Origin: Planctomycetota bacterium
Lineage (GTDB): Bacteria > Planctomycetota > SZUA-567 > H5-PLA8
Assembly (NCBI GenBank): GCA_045863855.1
Contig: BTVV01000001.1
Location: 1 to 64,000, forward strand
Direction: 5' to 3'
DNA: 64,000 nt
Part shown: in pieces, positions 47,836-57,488 of the stretch
Layout of the letters: each line of letters starts with the position of its first letter
Numbering within the stretch: the stretch's first letter is position 1
Translations under genes and position numbers: made by a program
Notes under the pieces: model-generated
Databases searched by the model: none
Told to the model about the DNA's origin: nothing
The model's input: the letters and a program-made list of their open reading frames with translations, nothing else

Positions 47836-49284
47836 ATGACGCAATCCCATGAACGTTCTTCGCTCATCGCGGCCTTGGCTTCGCGCCGGCCGGGGTTGGA
47901 CGTTTACGAGCAGCAGTGGCGGCTGGTGGAGGATGTGCTGGCGGGGCGGCTGAAGCGGCGGGCGACGCCGTTGCCGGGGTCGTTGGAGGCGTTCGGCGCT
48001 GCGGCGCCGGGGTGGTCGAGCGCGTACTTGCCGCAGGGGACGCTGGAGTCGGACGCGGAATACGCGAAGCGTGTGGAGCTGACGCCGTTTTTTCCGGAGA
48101 CGCCGCGGATCATGGCGGGGCGCGTGGGCGCGCTGATGGGCCGGCCGACGCAGGTGAGCGGCATTTCGGACCCGAAATGGAGCGCTTTTCTCGCCGCGGC
48201 CGGACGGCGGGGGAGCTTCGACGACCTGCTGATGCAGGCGGCGTGCCTGGTTCAGACCTATGGCTTCTGCGCGGCGCTGCTGGATCGCGAGCCGTTGCCG
48301 GCGGACGCGCGGGGTCGCGAGGCGTCGGTGGCGGAGGCCGAAGCACGGCAATTAGGGTGCCCGTATTTGACCTTATATGGCGCTCCGGACGTGCTCGATT
48401 GGGACTATGCGGACGATGGACAATTGGCGTGGGTGAAGCTGGTGGAGCGCGAGTGGTCGCGGCCGGCGTGGGATGCGGCGCCGGTGGAGACGTACGTGTA
48501 CCGGATCGCGGATCGAACGGCGATCCGGGTCTTTCGGGTTTGGCGGGCGGGGCAGGGGGAGTGGCGTGTGCGCGCGGAGGCGGCGGCGGCGCACGGTTTG
48601 GGGCGCGTGCCGGTGGCGCTGGCGCATCCGTTTCCCGGTGCGGACGGGATCGGCCGGCCGTTGCTGGCGCGCGCGGCGGAGGCCGATATCGCGGCGACGC
48701 GGGTGCTGAGCGATCTGGTCTGGGACTTGTTCGTGCTCGGCAATCCGATCCTCACGTTTAAGACGCACCGCGGCGAGGAGGAGTTGCAGCGGATCGGTGT
48801 GGGCGCATCGCGGTACATCCCGCTGCGCAACGGCAGGCCGGGCATTGAAGAGCCGGAAGCGCTGGAATTCGTGCAGTTGGATGCGACGGGCCTGGAATTT
48901 CTGTTCCGTGCGCACGCGTTATTTGCGGCTCAGGTGAGCCGCCAGGCGGGCTTGGCGGCGCACGAAGCGGCGGCGACGCCGCGCGAGCAAAGCGGCGTGG
49001 CGCACGCCTGGTCGTTCAAGACGGGCGAGGAGCGGCACCTGGCGCTGCTGGCTCGGGCGTTGGAGCGGTTCTTCGACGAGAGTCTATTGATGGCCGCAAT
49101 CGCGCTGGAATTACCGGGCACGCCGAAGGTGGACTTGCCGGACCGGTTCGAAGTGGAAGCTCCGGCGGAGGCGCTGGAGGTGGCCGAGCGGGCGGTTCCG
49201 TTGGCGCGTGAGGCGGGGCGCGCGGATTTGGCGGACGCGGCGCTGCTGCGGTTGGGCCAGGCGTTGGGGGGGAATAAGGAGTGA
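47836..49284 (+). CDS. portal protein
   Basis: follows terminase; YLPQ...ES..EY..R and SGVA motifs of SPP1/DUF4055-type portals. Confidence 0.75.
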   Translation: MTQSHERSSLIAALASRRPGLDVYEQQWRLVEDVLAGRLKRRATPLPGSLEAFGAAAPGWSSAYLPQGTLESDAEYAKRVELTPFFPETPRIMAGRVGALMGRPTQVSGISDPKWSAFLAAAGRRGSFDDLLMQAACLVQTYGFCAALLDREPLPADARGREASVAEAEARQLGCPYLTLYGAPDVLDWDYADDGQLAWVKLVEREWSRPAWDAAPVETYVYRIADRTAIRVFRVWRAGQGEWRVRAEAAAAHGLGRVPVALAHPFPGADGIGRPLLARAAEADIAATRVLSDLVWDLFVLGNPILTFKTHRGEEELQRIGVGASRYIPLRNGRPGIEEPEALEFVQLDATGLEFLFRAHALFAAQVSRQAGLAAHEAAATPREQSGVAHAWSFKTGEERHLALLARALERFFDESLLMAAIALELPGTPKVDLPDRFEVEAPAEALEVAERAVPLAREAGRADLADAALLRLGQALGGNKE

Positions 49285-49311
49285 CGCGCGGCGTGGTCAT
49301 AGGAGGCGAGC

Positions 49312-49812
49312 ATGAACGAGCATGACGAGACGGGAGCGAACGATCCGGCGCCGGATCCGCCGGCGGAGGTGGAGGCGTTGCGGAACGAGTTGGAGGCGCT
49401 GCGGGCTCGGGCGGAGGCGGCGGAGCGCGAGAGGGCGATCCGCAAAGCGTTGGCGGAGGCGGCGTGGTTCGAGCCGGAGGACGCGTACCGGGTGCTGAGC
49501 GAACGCGCGGAGCGTTCGAGCGACGGAGCGTGGCGCGTGGCGCTGGCGGAGGGCGACGGGAAACCGGGAGCGTGGCTGAGTCCTGCGGAGGCGGCGCGGG
49601 AGCTGGCGCGGCGCAAGCCGCACTGGGTGCGCGCGCGCGTGACGCCGGGGACGGGCGCGGGGGCCGGCGAAGCGACCGGCGGCGGGGGCGCTCGCGGACC
49701 GTTAACGTATTCCGAGCTGCTGAAGCCTGAAAATGCGGCTCGGCTTCGTGAATTCGTGCACGACCGGCCGCAGGAATTGGAGCGCTTGCGGGCGGCGCAT
49801 TTCGGCGGCTAA
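49312..49812 (+). CDS. putative capsid scaffold protein
   Basis: coiled coil, KPHW, G-rich C-terminal linker; lies between portal and capsid. Confidence 0.65.
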   Translation: MNEHDETGANDPAPDPPAEVEALRNELEALRARAEAAERERAIRKALAEAAWFEPEDAYRVLSERAERSSDGAWRVALAEGDGKPGAWLSPAEAARELARRKPHWVRARVTPGTGAGAGEATGGGGARGPLTYSELLKPENAARLREFVHDRPQELERLRAAHFGG

Positions 49813-49935
49813 AGGCAAAGGCTTCGTCAAGGATACAGGGCGGGGCGTGTTCGCTTGCGGCGAGTAACCGCGGTGAGCGGGGATACCGGGCGCAGTCATT
49901 ATTCAGAAAAAACAGGTCCAAAAGGAGAAGCAGGC

Positions 49936-50967
49936 ATGGCGTTTTCTTTGGTTTCGGGGTTCACATTCGATCCGCAGTTGGCGAGCGAGTACGCGTCGGC
50001 GGCGTTCGTCGAGAACTTGCAGCTGCTCGACCAGGCGCTGGGCGTGGTGCGGACGCTGAGCGCGGGGCAGTTTCAGTCGAGCCTGGGCGGGGGCGGGCAG
50101 TTCGTCGATATGCCGTACTTCGCGAACGTCTCGTCGCTGATCGCGCGGCGCGACCTGACGAGCACGTCTGCGCCGAGCGATCTGGACATCACCGGCGCGG
50201 CGGACAAGGCGGTGATCCTGCGGCGGCGCGCGGGGCCGGTGAAGTTCACGGAGGATTTGTTCATCCGCGGCGTGCGGCGCGAGGCGGTGGAGCAGGAGAT
50301 CGGGCGGCAGATCGGGAACATGGCGGCGAAGGAGGTACGCGCGCGTCTGCTGCAGGTGAGCGTGGCGGCGCTGGAGAGCCTCGATGCGCCCGGCGCGAAC
50401 GCGCACATCAAGGATGCGTACGCGGCGAGCGGGACGAAGGGGCTGCTGACGCTGAGCAATCTGTACGATTCGCGGATGCTGCTGGGCGACGCGTACAACC
50501 GGCTGACGACGGTGGTGTGCCACAGCGAAGCGTTTGCGGATTTGGTGAAGGATACGATCGGGAATTACAAGGTCGAGAACGTGGGCGGATTCACGGTGGT
50601 GACGGGTCTGCCGCAGGCGTTCGGGATGCGGATCGTGGTGGTGGACGACGCGAGCCTGAAGAGCGATCCGGGCGGCGGGGATTTCATGAAATACCGCACG
50701 CTTCTGTTCGGTCCGGGCGCGCTGGGGCTGATCTACCACCAGCAGTTGCGGATCGAGGCGGAGCGGCGGCTGGACTTCGAAGCGCCGTATTGGCGCGTGC
50801 TGGCGAACTTCGATTTCGCTCCTCATCTGTTCGGCATGAAATGGACGAGTTCGACGGCGAATCCGGACAATTCGACGCTGGGAACGGCCTCGAATTGGGA
50901 CGAAGCGTACAACGATCACCGCGAGGTGGTCTGCGCGGAGCTGGTGCATAACGCGAGCGCGGCGTAA
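49936..50967 (+). CDS. major capsid protein
   Basis: GQFVDMPYF, LGD, VCHS...DL, FGMRIVVVDD, FGPGA; position; AGGAG RBS. Confidence 0.8.
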   Translation: MAFSLVSGFTFDPQLASEYASAAFVENLQLLDQALGVVRTLSAGQFQSSLGGGGQFVDMPYFANVSSLIARRDLTSTSAPSDLDITGAADKAVILRRRAGPVKFTEDLFIRGVRREAVEQEIGRQIGNMAAKEVRARLLQVSVAALESLDAPGANAHIKDAYAASGTKGLLTLSNLYDSRMLLGDAYNRLTTVVCHSEAFADLVKDTIGNYKVENVGGFTVVTGLPQAFGMRIVVVDDASLKSDPGGGDFMKYRTLLFGPGALGLIYHQQLRIEAERRLDFEAPYWRVLANFDFAPHLFGMKWTSSTANPDNSTLGTASNWDEAYNDHREVVCAELVHNASAA

Positions 50968-51011
50968 GGGCAAGCCGGGGGGCGGCGGAGGGCGCTTTAC
51001 GCTCCGCCGCC

Positions 51012-51285
51012 TAGCAGCCCGTTGAAAAAGGGTGCGGACCGCGTTGCGAGGAGCATTTGGACTGGGCAAGGCGTCGCGCAGGGAGCCGCATCGAAAGATG
51101 CGGCGAGCGAAGCGCAACGACGCCCAGTTCGAATGATCCCGCAACCCTTCGGGCAGCCTCGTCTTGTGGCCCGGCTCTGCGTTGCGCTGCGGTCGTCGCA
51201 TCTCTTGATGCGACTCCCCTCCGCGCGCCTTGATCCGGACCACAATCCAAGGCTGCGCGGTCGTACCCTTTTCAACGGACTGCTA
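51012..51285. mobile_element. MITE-like element
   Basis: TIR TAGCAGCCCGTTGAAAAAGGG / CCCTTTTCAACGGACTGCTA; internal hairpins; no credible ORF. Confidence 0.78.
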
Positions 51286-51691
51286 ACGGCCAGAGGCGCA
51301 GGCGGATGCGCGCGGCGATTTCCATCGAGGCTCCGAGGAGCGCGAGGAGTCCGAGGCAGAGGAGGACGTTGAAAGCGAGCGGTTTGAATTGCCAGCCGCG
51401 CTGCGTGAAGGAATAGAGGATCGCGCGCTGGCCGTCCCAGTCCTTTTCGGGGTGCTCGAGCGGTTCGACGTAAGCTTCGTTGAAAGGCCAGCCGTAACCG
51501 GTGAACCGGTAATCGTGGTACTGGAGGTCGGGGCTGAGGACGGAGCCTTGCGGCGTCGCGGTGAGCGCCATGTCGGTGATGATGCCGCCGGGCCGGGGCT
51601 GGGCGTTGAGCCAGACCAGGGCGGCGATTCCCAGCGCGAGGGCCAGGACGGTGCTGAGCTGGAGCGTGAAACCGGCGCGCGGTGCGTTCAT
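51272..51691 (-). CDS. membrane protein (FTLQLST N-terminus, YGWP motif)
   Basis: two TM segments; stop codon falls inside the MITE end. Confidence 0.65.
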   Translation of the reverse strand: MNAPRAGFTLQLSTVLALALGIAALVWLNAQPRPGGIITDMALTATPQGSVLSPDLQYHDYRFTGYGWPFNEAYVEPLEHPEKDWDGQRAILYSFTQRGWQFKPLAFNVLLCLGLLALLGASMEIAARIRLRLWPLAVR

Positions 51692-51734
51692 CGAGGTATT
51701 CTACCACAAAATGCATAGGTAAAAGGGAAACGCG

Positions 51735-52139
51735 ATGGCTTTGACGGCGGCTCAGGTGACGCAAGTTTTCGAAGTGCTGGGGGTTCCCGAGCATTCGAGC
51801 GGATCGGTGGTGCTGGAATTGACGGGTCTTTTCGGTCCGCAATTCGAGAGTTACGACGTGAGCGCGGTGCGGAATCTGCTGGCGGCGCGGCTGGCGGGGT
51901 TGAGCGCGAGCCAGGAGGCGCGGGCGGCGGAGCTGCTGGCGCGGTGGAGCGCGATCGGCGCGACGAGTCCGCTGACGGTGGCGAAGGAGGGTTTGGCGGC
52001 GGGCACGTTGGCGGATCATCCGGCGGAGCGCGAGCATCTGCGGCGGGCGCTGGCGAATACGATCGGCTTCGCGGTGGCGGGGGGCGGGTTCGCGGCGGAG
52101 GCGGCGGTGAGGGCGGGGAGAGGGAGGGTTGTGCGGTAG
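51735..52139 (+). CDS. putative head completion/adaptor protein
   Basis: size and position after capsid. Confidence 0.45.
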   Translation: MALTAAQVTQVFEVLGVPEHSSGSVVLELTGLFGPQFESYDVSAVRNLLAARLAGLSASQEARAAELLARWSAIGATSPLTVAKEGLAAGTLADHPAEREHLRRALANTIGFAVAGGGFAAEAAVRAGRGRVVR

Positions 52140-52286
52140 GCGGGTATGCAATGGGGTACTTATTTTAGAGTGAAATGAAAAGTCAAAGCCAACATTCAAA
52201 TGCCAGGATGCGATGGCTCGAGGGACAGGCAGCGCGGGGGCGCAAAGCAGGCATTTCGGTTCCAATTCTTCGGAGCATTCAAACGC

Positions 52287-52652
52287 ATGACGGTTTGGGA
52301 AACGATTCGAAGCGCGCGGGCGGAGGCGGCGGCGGCGGTTTTCGGCGCGGTGGGGGTGCGGGTGGATCTGATCGGCGAGGGGGGCGCGGCCGAGGACCTG
52401 GCGGCGTACGTGGAGCAGGGCGGTGCGGCGTTCGAGGGGAGCCTGGCTCGGCACGGCGTCGAAGCGGAACGGGTGGTGCATCTGCCGCGGCAAAGCGGAT
52501 TCGACGGGAGCGTGCGGCCGGGGGATGTGGTGGTGCTTCCGGCGGGCGGTGCGACGAAGTACGTGATCCGCGCCGTCGATTGCGACGCTCACGAGGCCGT
52601 CTTCCGCCTGCGGGTGACGCGTGCGGCGGCGCCGGTGGGGCTGGGGGGGTGA
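52287..52652 (+). CDS. putative head-closure/joining protein
   Basis: VRPGDVVVL...YVIRAVD beta-rich pattern. Confidence 0.5.
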   Translation: MTVWETIRSARAEAAAAVFGAVGVRVDLIGEGGAAEDLAAYVEQGGAAFEGSLARHGVEAERVVHLPRQSGFDGSVRPGDVVVLPAGGATKYVIRAVDCDAHEAVFRLRVTRAAAPVGLGG

Positions 52653-52782
52653 AGAAATTTCGGAGCTCGGATTTCGGATCGAGGGCAGTGCGAGTTCTGC
52701 ACCGCGGCACTTGAACAAGCGAGCGCTTGCATCACGCAAGCGGATCGAATTAGGACGCATTTTGAAGCGATAAATTGGAGGA

Positions 52783-53397
52783 ATGGCGGCGATGCCGGCG
52801 GCGAGTCTGATCGGGAAGACGCGGGCGCGGTTGAAGGCGCTGGCGGAAGGCGTGAGCGGAGGCGGGCTGACGCTGGCGGCGGAGCGGGTGGTGCTGGGTT
52901 ACGCGCGGACGCTGGAGAGCGGCGGGTTCTTCGCGAACCTGCTGGCCGAGGGGCCGTGCCTGGCGATCGGTTCGGCGACGCTCGACTACGGCGCTCAGGC
53001 GGCATACGGTCCCGCCGAGGTCCGCGCCATCCTTTACGTGGGATTCGAGCGCGGCGCTGCGGAGGATTTCACGGCCGTGGACGATTTGCTGGAGGCGCTG
53101 CGCGAGGCCTGGAACGCTCCGGAGTCGTTCGGGAGCGGCGAGGCGGCTCCGATCCGGATCGGCTGGGACGCTTGGAAGACGGAGACGAAGAGCGAGCCGG
53201 GCGTGGTGGCGATTCCGCTGCGGGTTCAATTTCCCGATCCGCCGCTGGGCGAAACGTTCGAAGCCGAGGCGCGCCTGGGTGCGGCGCTGGAGCGGGAAAC
53301 GCCGACGATCTTGCGGACGTGCTGGCGCTATTTCGTGCATCGTTCGCGGTTCGAAAAACTGGCGCGGTTCGGAAGGAGCTGGTTGGAGGGAAGTTAG
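52783..53397 (+). CDS. putative tail completion protein
   Basis: position; GGAGG RBS. Confidence 0.45.
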   Translation: MAAMPAASLIGKTRARLKALAEGVSGGGLTLAAERVVLGYARTLESGGFFANLLAEGPCLAIGSATLDYGAQAAYGPAEVRAILYVGFERGAAEDFTAVDDLLEALREAWNAPESFGSGEAAPIRIGWDAWKTETKSEPGVVAIPLRVQFPDPPLGETFEAEARLGAALERETPTILRTCWRYFVHRSRFEKLARFGRSWLEGS

Positions 53398-53528
53398 GTT
53401 TTGGATGTAGGAGCGCGCTTCGCGCGTTTTGTCGAGTCCACCTCCCTGCCTCTCCTTGGCCAGGAGGGAATCGGCCCCGTCCGAAGCAAAAGATTCAGGC
53501 CCTTCCGCTTAGAACAGGAATCGAATGC

Positions 53529-53921
53529 ATGGCGCAAACGGGTGCGGGATTTCGGATCGAGTCGGCGACGCACGGCGAGTTGACGCTGGGGCGGGCGCTG
53601 GAGGCGTGGTTGCGCGAGGAGGCGGAGTGGGTGCCGCTGGAGGCGGGGGCGTTCGCCGGCGTACCGGGTTTGGCGGCGGTGCCACGCGGGTACGAAGCGG
53701 TGGTGGTGGTGACGGACCTGGCCGCCGAACCGGCGCTGGGAGCGAAGGCGACGCTGGAGTTGACGCTGAAGGCCGCGACGGGCGAGCGCGTGATTCTGAC
53801 GCTTCCGCACATGAAGCGCGGACCGTGCGAATGGAATCTGCGCCGCGCTCCGCACGCTCGCGCATTGGCCTTTCGCTACGAGGGCGCGCTGCTGCCGGCG
53901 CCGCTGGCGGTGAGCGTGTGA
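53529..53921 (+). CDS. hypothetical, possibly tail-tube-like
   Basis: beta-rich 130 aa ORF in tail region. Confidence 0.4.
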   Translation: MAQTGAGFRIESATHGELTLGRALEAWLREEAEWVPLEAGAFAGVPGLAAVPRGYEAVVVVTDLAAEPALGAKATLELTLKAATGERVILTLPHMKRGPCEWNLRRAPHARALAFRYEGALLPAPLAVSV

Positions 53922-53982
53922 CGATGGCCGATTCTGGATTGGCGTGCGCGGAGCGGTGATGGCTTAAGGGGCAAGCGGCGGT

Positions 53983-54270
53983 ATGGCGGCTAACGAAGCG
54001 GTGCGGACGCGTGGATTCGACGCGGTGCTGTATACGGATCGCGGAAGAGCGCTGGCGTTGGCGCGGGTGCGTCGCGCTCCGTTGATCAAGCGGCGCGGGT
54101 TGCGCTTCGGATTGACCTTCCGATTTCGCTGGATCCACGAGGGGCATGCGGTGACGGCGGCGTTTCCGTTCGAGGCGGCATCGAGTGCGTACGCGCGTGC
54201 GGAGGAATTCGAGTGGGAGCGGTTGGGGGAAGGGGCTTGGGGCGGGAGACGAGCAAAAAGTAAAACGTAA
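53983..54270 (+). CDS. hypothetical protein
   Basis: co-oriented ORF. Confidence 0.45.
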   Translation: MAANEAVRTRGFDAVLYTDRGRALALARVRRAPLIKRRGLRFGLTFRFRWIHEGHAVTAAFPFEAASSAYARAEEFEWERLGEGAWGGRRAKSKT

Positions 54271-54361
54271 ATCGTAAAGGAAAGGGCGGACTACGGATTA
54301 CCGCCCGCTCATCGTTCCCTGCGAAGCGGATGCTGGCGCATCCTTATATAGGAGACTCGGG

Positions 54362-54634
54362 GTGAGGATCGAGGAGGCGGAGGAGCGGGCGCGGCAGGTG
54401 CTGGCGGCGCTGGATCTGGGCGTGGCGTTCGCGGCGGAGCCGGGCCGGGTGCGGAAGGTTCGGGCGGCATCGGCGTCGAGTGCGGAAGCGCCGGGGGACT
54501 TGGCGGCCGCGGCCGAACCGAGTTCACCGCGGCCGATCGTTCGTGCGAGCGGCGGCGAGACGGAACGCGCTCGGCAGGAGGAGTGGTTGTACCGGCGGCA
54601 TCGACTGGCGCGGACGGGGTGGAACCGGGATTGA
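54362..54634 (+). CDS. hypothetical protein
   Basis: AGGAG RBS, GTG start. Confidence 0.45.
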   Translation: MRIEEAEERARQVLAALDLGVAFAAEPGRVRKVRAASASSAEAPGDLAAAAEPSSPRPIVRASGGETERARQEEWLYRRHRLARTGWNRD

Positions 54635-54675
54635 GCGCAGCGGGGCGTTCGGAATTCAAAGGGTGGAGCGCGCGG

Positions 54676-54840
54676 CGCGCGCATTTGGGTTCACCTCCCC
54701 TACTCCTCCTTGGCAAGGAGGGGAGACGGCATGGCAGGGCATTGAGGTAGCGCTTCGCGCGCATTTGGGTTCACCTCCCCTACTCCGCCTTCGCTGCGCT
54801 TTGGCGCGACAAGCCCTCCTTGGCAAGGAGGGGAGACGGC
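54676..54840. repeat. two tandem REP-like copies, second with a 30-nt insertion
   Basis: CGCGCGCATTTGGGTTCACCTCCCCTACTCC...TCCTTGGCAAGGAGGGGAGACGGCA twice. Confidence 0.85.
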
Positions 54841-54904
54841 ACGGCACAACGCTGCGATCGGGTAGCGCTGCGCGCCGCCATTCCATTTCAGCAAGGGATC
54901 ACGC

Positions 54905-55324
54905 ATGTCCGATTGGATCGTGGGGAGTATCGCGTTCGCCGATCCGGCGGGGTTGGCCGATGCGGCGGGCTTGGTGCTGGGCAAGTACTGGCTGGGCGAC
55001 GTGCGCGTCGGAGCGGGCGAGTACGCGGCGGCGGCGTACGCGTTTCCGGGCGTGGACGGCGTGGGCTTGAAGCGTTTGGGTTTTCGCGGGCGGCGGGTGG
55101 AGGGCGAGGTGGCGTACGTGGCGGAGTCGCCGGCCGCATTGCGTACGGCTCTGGCGGTCGACCGCCAGGCGTTGGAGGACCAGACCTTCGCCACGACGCC
55201 GCCGGACGGCGCGGAGCTGGCGGCGTGCACGCTGGAGGCGTTTCCGGACGGCGCGGTGCTGGCCGACGCGGGCGGCGCGTTCGTGCTGCGGACGCGGTTG
55301 GCGGTGCGGCAGGTCAGATTGTAG
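54905..55324 (+). CDS. hypothetical tail-region protein
   Basis: FPGVDG..LKRLGFRGR pattern; position. Confidence 0.5.
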   Translation: MSDWIVGSIAFADPAGLADAAGLVLGKYWLGDVRVGAGEYAAAAYAFPGVDGVGLKRLGFRGRRVEGEVAYVAESPAALRTALAVDRQALEDQTFATTPPDGAELAACTLEAFPDGAVLADAGGAFVLRTRLAVRQVRL

Positions 55325-55431
55325 AGGGGGGATGTTGGATTTTGGCTCGCGGGAAGGCGGCGCGCATGCGCCGCCGGGGACGCGAATGTTCAGGCTCTAT
55401 TTCAGTTCGGTTTTCATAAAGGATTAACTGC

Positions 55432-57174
55432 ATGTCGGCTTCTCATGTGCCCGCGTCGGAAGACGCGGCGTTCGATGCGTTCGCGGGATTGACGTTCGAC
55501 GATCCGCTGCTGTACGCAACGCCCGATGCGCGGCGGATCGACGCGAAGTATTTCTTGAAGCCGGTGCAGGACGAATTGCTGCGCTTGATCGAGCTGGATT
55601 TGGAGGGTTCGGCGGCGTTGCCGGTGCGCAACGAGTCGGGCGGAACGCTGGCGGCGGGGGCGCTGGTTTGCGTGACGGGGCGCGACGGCGGAACGGGGCG
55701 CTGGCTGGTCGAAGGCGCGGACGCGGGCGATCCGGATCGGCCGGCGCAGTTCGTGCTCGACGCGGACTTAAACGATGCTTCGAACGGGGTGGCGTACGCG
55801 CACCGGACGGTGGACGGCTTGGACACGTCGCCGGCGGCGCCGAACGATCCGGTGTACCTCGCAACGCTCGCGGGCGGCTTCACGTTCGTTGCGCCGTCGA
55901 GCCCGGACCGCGTGCAGGAAGTCGGGCGCGTGGCGGCGGCCGATGCGAACGGATCGATTTGGTTCAGCGTGGGCGGCTTGCATGCGGGCGCGGTCGGCGG
56001 AAGCGCGGGGAGCGGGACGGCGGGCGCGCTGGCGAAATGGACGAGTTCGGCGGAGCTGGGCGACAGCATCGTGAGCGAGGACGGATCGGCGGCGACGGTG
56101 GCCGGCGATCTGATCGTCGACGGAGGGCATCTGGAGATCGGGGCGGGCGATGCGACGTTGAGCGCGGGCGACGTGCGGCTCGAAGCGGGCGCGTTGCGTT
56201 TGCATGCGGGCAGCTTCGTGGGAGCGGAGAACGGCGCGGCGGATACGGCGGGTGCGGATCTTCCGCTGTACGCCGGGGCGGGGGGCGCGCATGCGTCGGC
56301 GCATCCGCGCGGGGGCGACATCGTGGCGAAGCCCGGCGCGGCGGGCGCGGGCGGGACGGGGCGCGACGGACGTTTCGCGGTCGAAGCTCCCGGCGGCGGG
56401 AGCGCTCAGTTGCGCGCGTCGCACACCGGCGCCGACGCGCGGCTGGAGACGAGCGCGGGCGATCTGATCGTCGAGCCGGCCGGCGGGCAGTTGATCGTTC
56501 GTCAAGCGGGCGGCGTGGCGGGGACCGACGACGTACAGCTGTTTCACGACGGTTCGGACGGGTACGTCACGTCGGAGAGCGGCGATTTGCGGCTGAGCGT
56601 GCCGAACGGAAACCTGAAGCTGCGCGTGCGGACGAGCCAGGTGGTCTGCTACGTGCCGCTGGTGCCGGACGGCGCGAACACGCGTACGCTGGGCGGAAGT
56701 TCGAACGAGTGGCTGGCGTTGTACGCGGGCGAGGATGCGAACAGCGGATTCTTCGCGGGTTTGGACCAGAATATCCGCGGCTATTACGACGAGGCGGGCG
56801 CCGACGTTTTCAAATGGACCGGCGGGAGCGGCGCGGCCGACTGCGGCGATATGGAGTGGGAGACGACGTACACGCTGGGCGGGAACGCGGGCGACGGGTT
56901 CGCTTCCGCTTTGCGGCTGGACCCGGGCTACACGGCGGGCAGCGCGTACACGGTGACGCGGCATAACTATCTGGATCTGCAGAATCCGAGCACGGGCGGG
57001 AGCGCGGCGCTGACCGATGCGTGCGCGATGCGCTTCGACGCGGCGGCGGGAACGCATAAGGCGCTGGCGGGAAGTTCGACGAAGGCGACGCCGGGCGCGG
57101 TGGATGCGTGGTTGAAGGTGAATATCAACGGGACGGTGCATTACATGCCGGCGTATGCGAGCGTGACGAGTTGA
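55432..57174 (+). CDS. Gly-rich fibre / decoration-like virion protein
   Basis: N-terminal cement-like segment (GTLAAGALVCVTG...PVYL...QEVGRV); Gly/Ala-rich beta repeats; C-terminal WLKVNINGT. Confidence 0.6.
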   Translation: MSASHVPASEDAAFDAFAGLTFDDPLLYATPDARRIDAKYFLKPVQDELLRLIELDLEGSAALPVRNESGGTLAAGALVCVTGRDGGTGRWLVEGADAGDPDRPAQFVLDADLNDASNGVAYAHRTVDGLDTSPAAPNDPVYLATLAGGFTFVAPSSPDRVQEVGRVAAADANGSIWFSVGGLHAGAVGGSAGSGTAGALAKWTSSAELGDSIVSEDGSAATVAGDLIVDGGHLEIGAGDATLSAGDVRLEAGALRLHAGSFVGAENGAADTAGADLPLYAGAGGAHASAHPRGGDIVAKPGAAGAGGTGRDGRFAVEAPGGGSAQLRASHTGADARLETSAGDLIVEPAGGQLIVRQAGGVAGTDDVQLFHDGSDGYVTSESGDLRLSVPNGNLKLRVRTSQVVCYVPLVPDGANTRTLGGSSNEWLALYAGEDANSGFFAGLDQNIRGYYDEAGADVFKWTGGSGAADCGDMEWETTYTLGGNAGDGFASALRLDPGYTAGSAYTVTRHNYLDLQNPSTGGSAALTDACAMRFDAAAGTHKALAGSSTKATPGAVDAWLKVNINGTVHYMPAYASVTS

Positions 57175-57272
57175 AGGGCGCAAACGCCAAACTGCAAACG
57201 GCAAGAACCAAGCAAACGGCAAACTTTCAAAATCAACAATCCCACATCCAACATCCGGAGGGCCCCGGCGGC

Positions 57273-57488
57273 ATGGCGGAGGAACGGTTATCCGGCGCGG
57301 ACGCGGAGCGCTTGCGGGCGGGTCATGCGGCGCTGGTGCTGGCGCGGCGCGAGCTGGCCTGGGCGGAGGAGCGCATGCGGCATTTACAGGAGTTTTTTGG
57401 ACTTAAATACGGCTTACGGTCGGGAGATGGGATTCGCGCGGACGGGCGGATCGAGCGGCGATGGGAACAGGAGCAGAGACCTTCGTGA
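57273..57488 (+). CDS. small hypothetical protein (fibre chaperone-like position)
   Basis: short helical ORF after fibre gene. Confidence 0.45.
   Translation: MAEERLSGADAERLRAGHAALVLARRELAWAEERMRHLQEFFGLKYGLRSGDGIRADGRIERRWEQEQRPS

Noticed and set aside
49312..50967. Encapsulin or contractile injection system
   Set aside because: Terminase and portal indicate DNA packaging; no sheath or baseplate-wedge motifs recognised.
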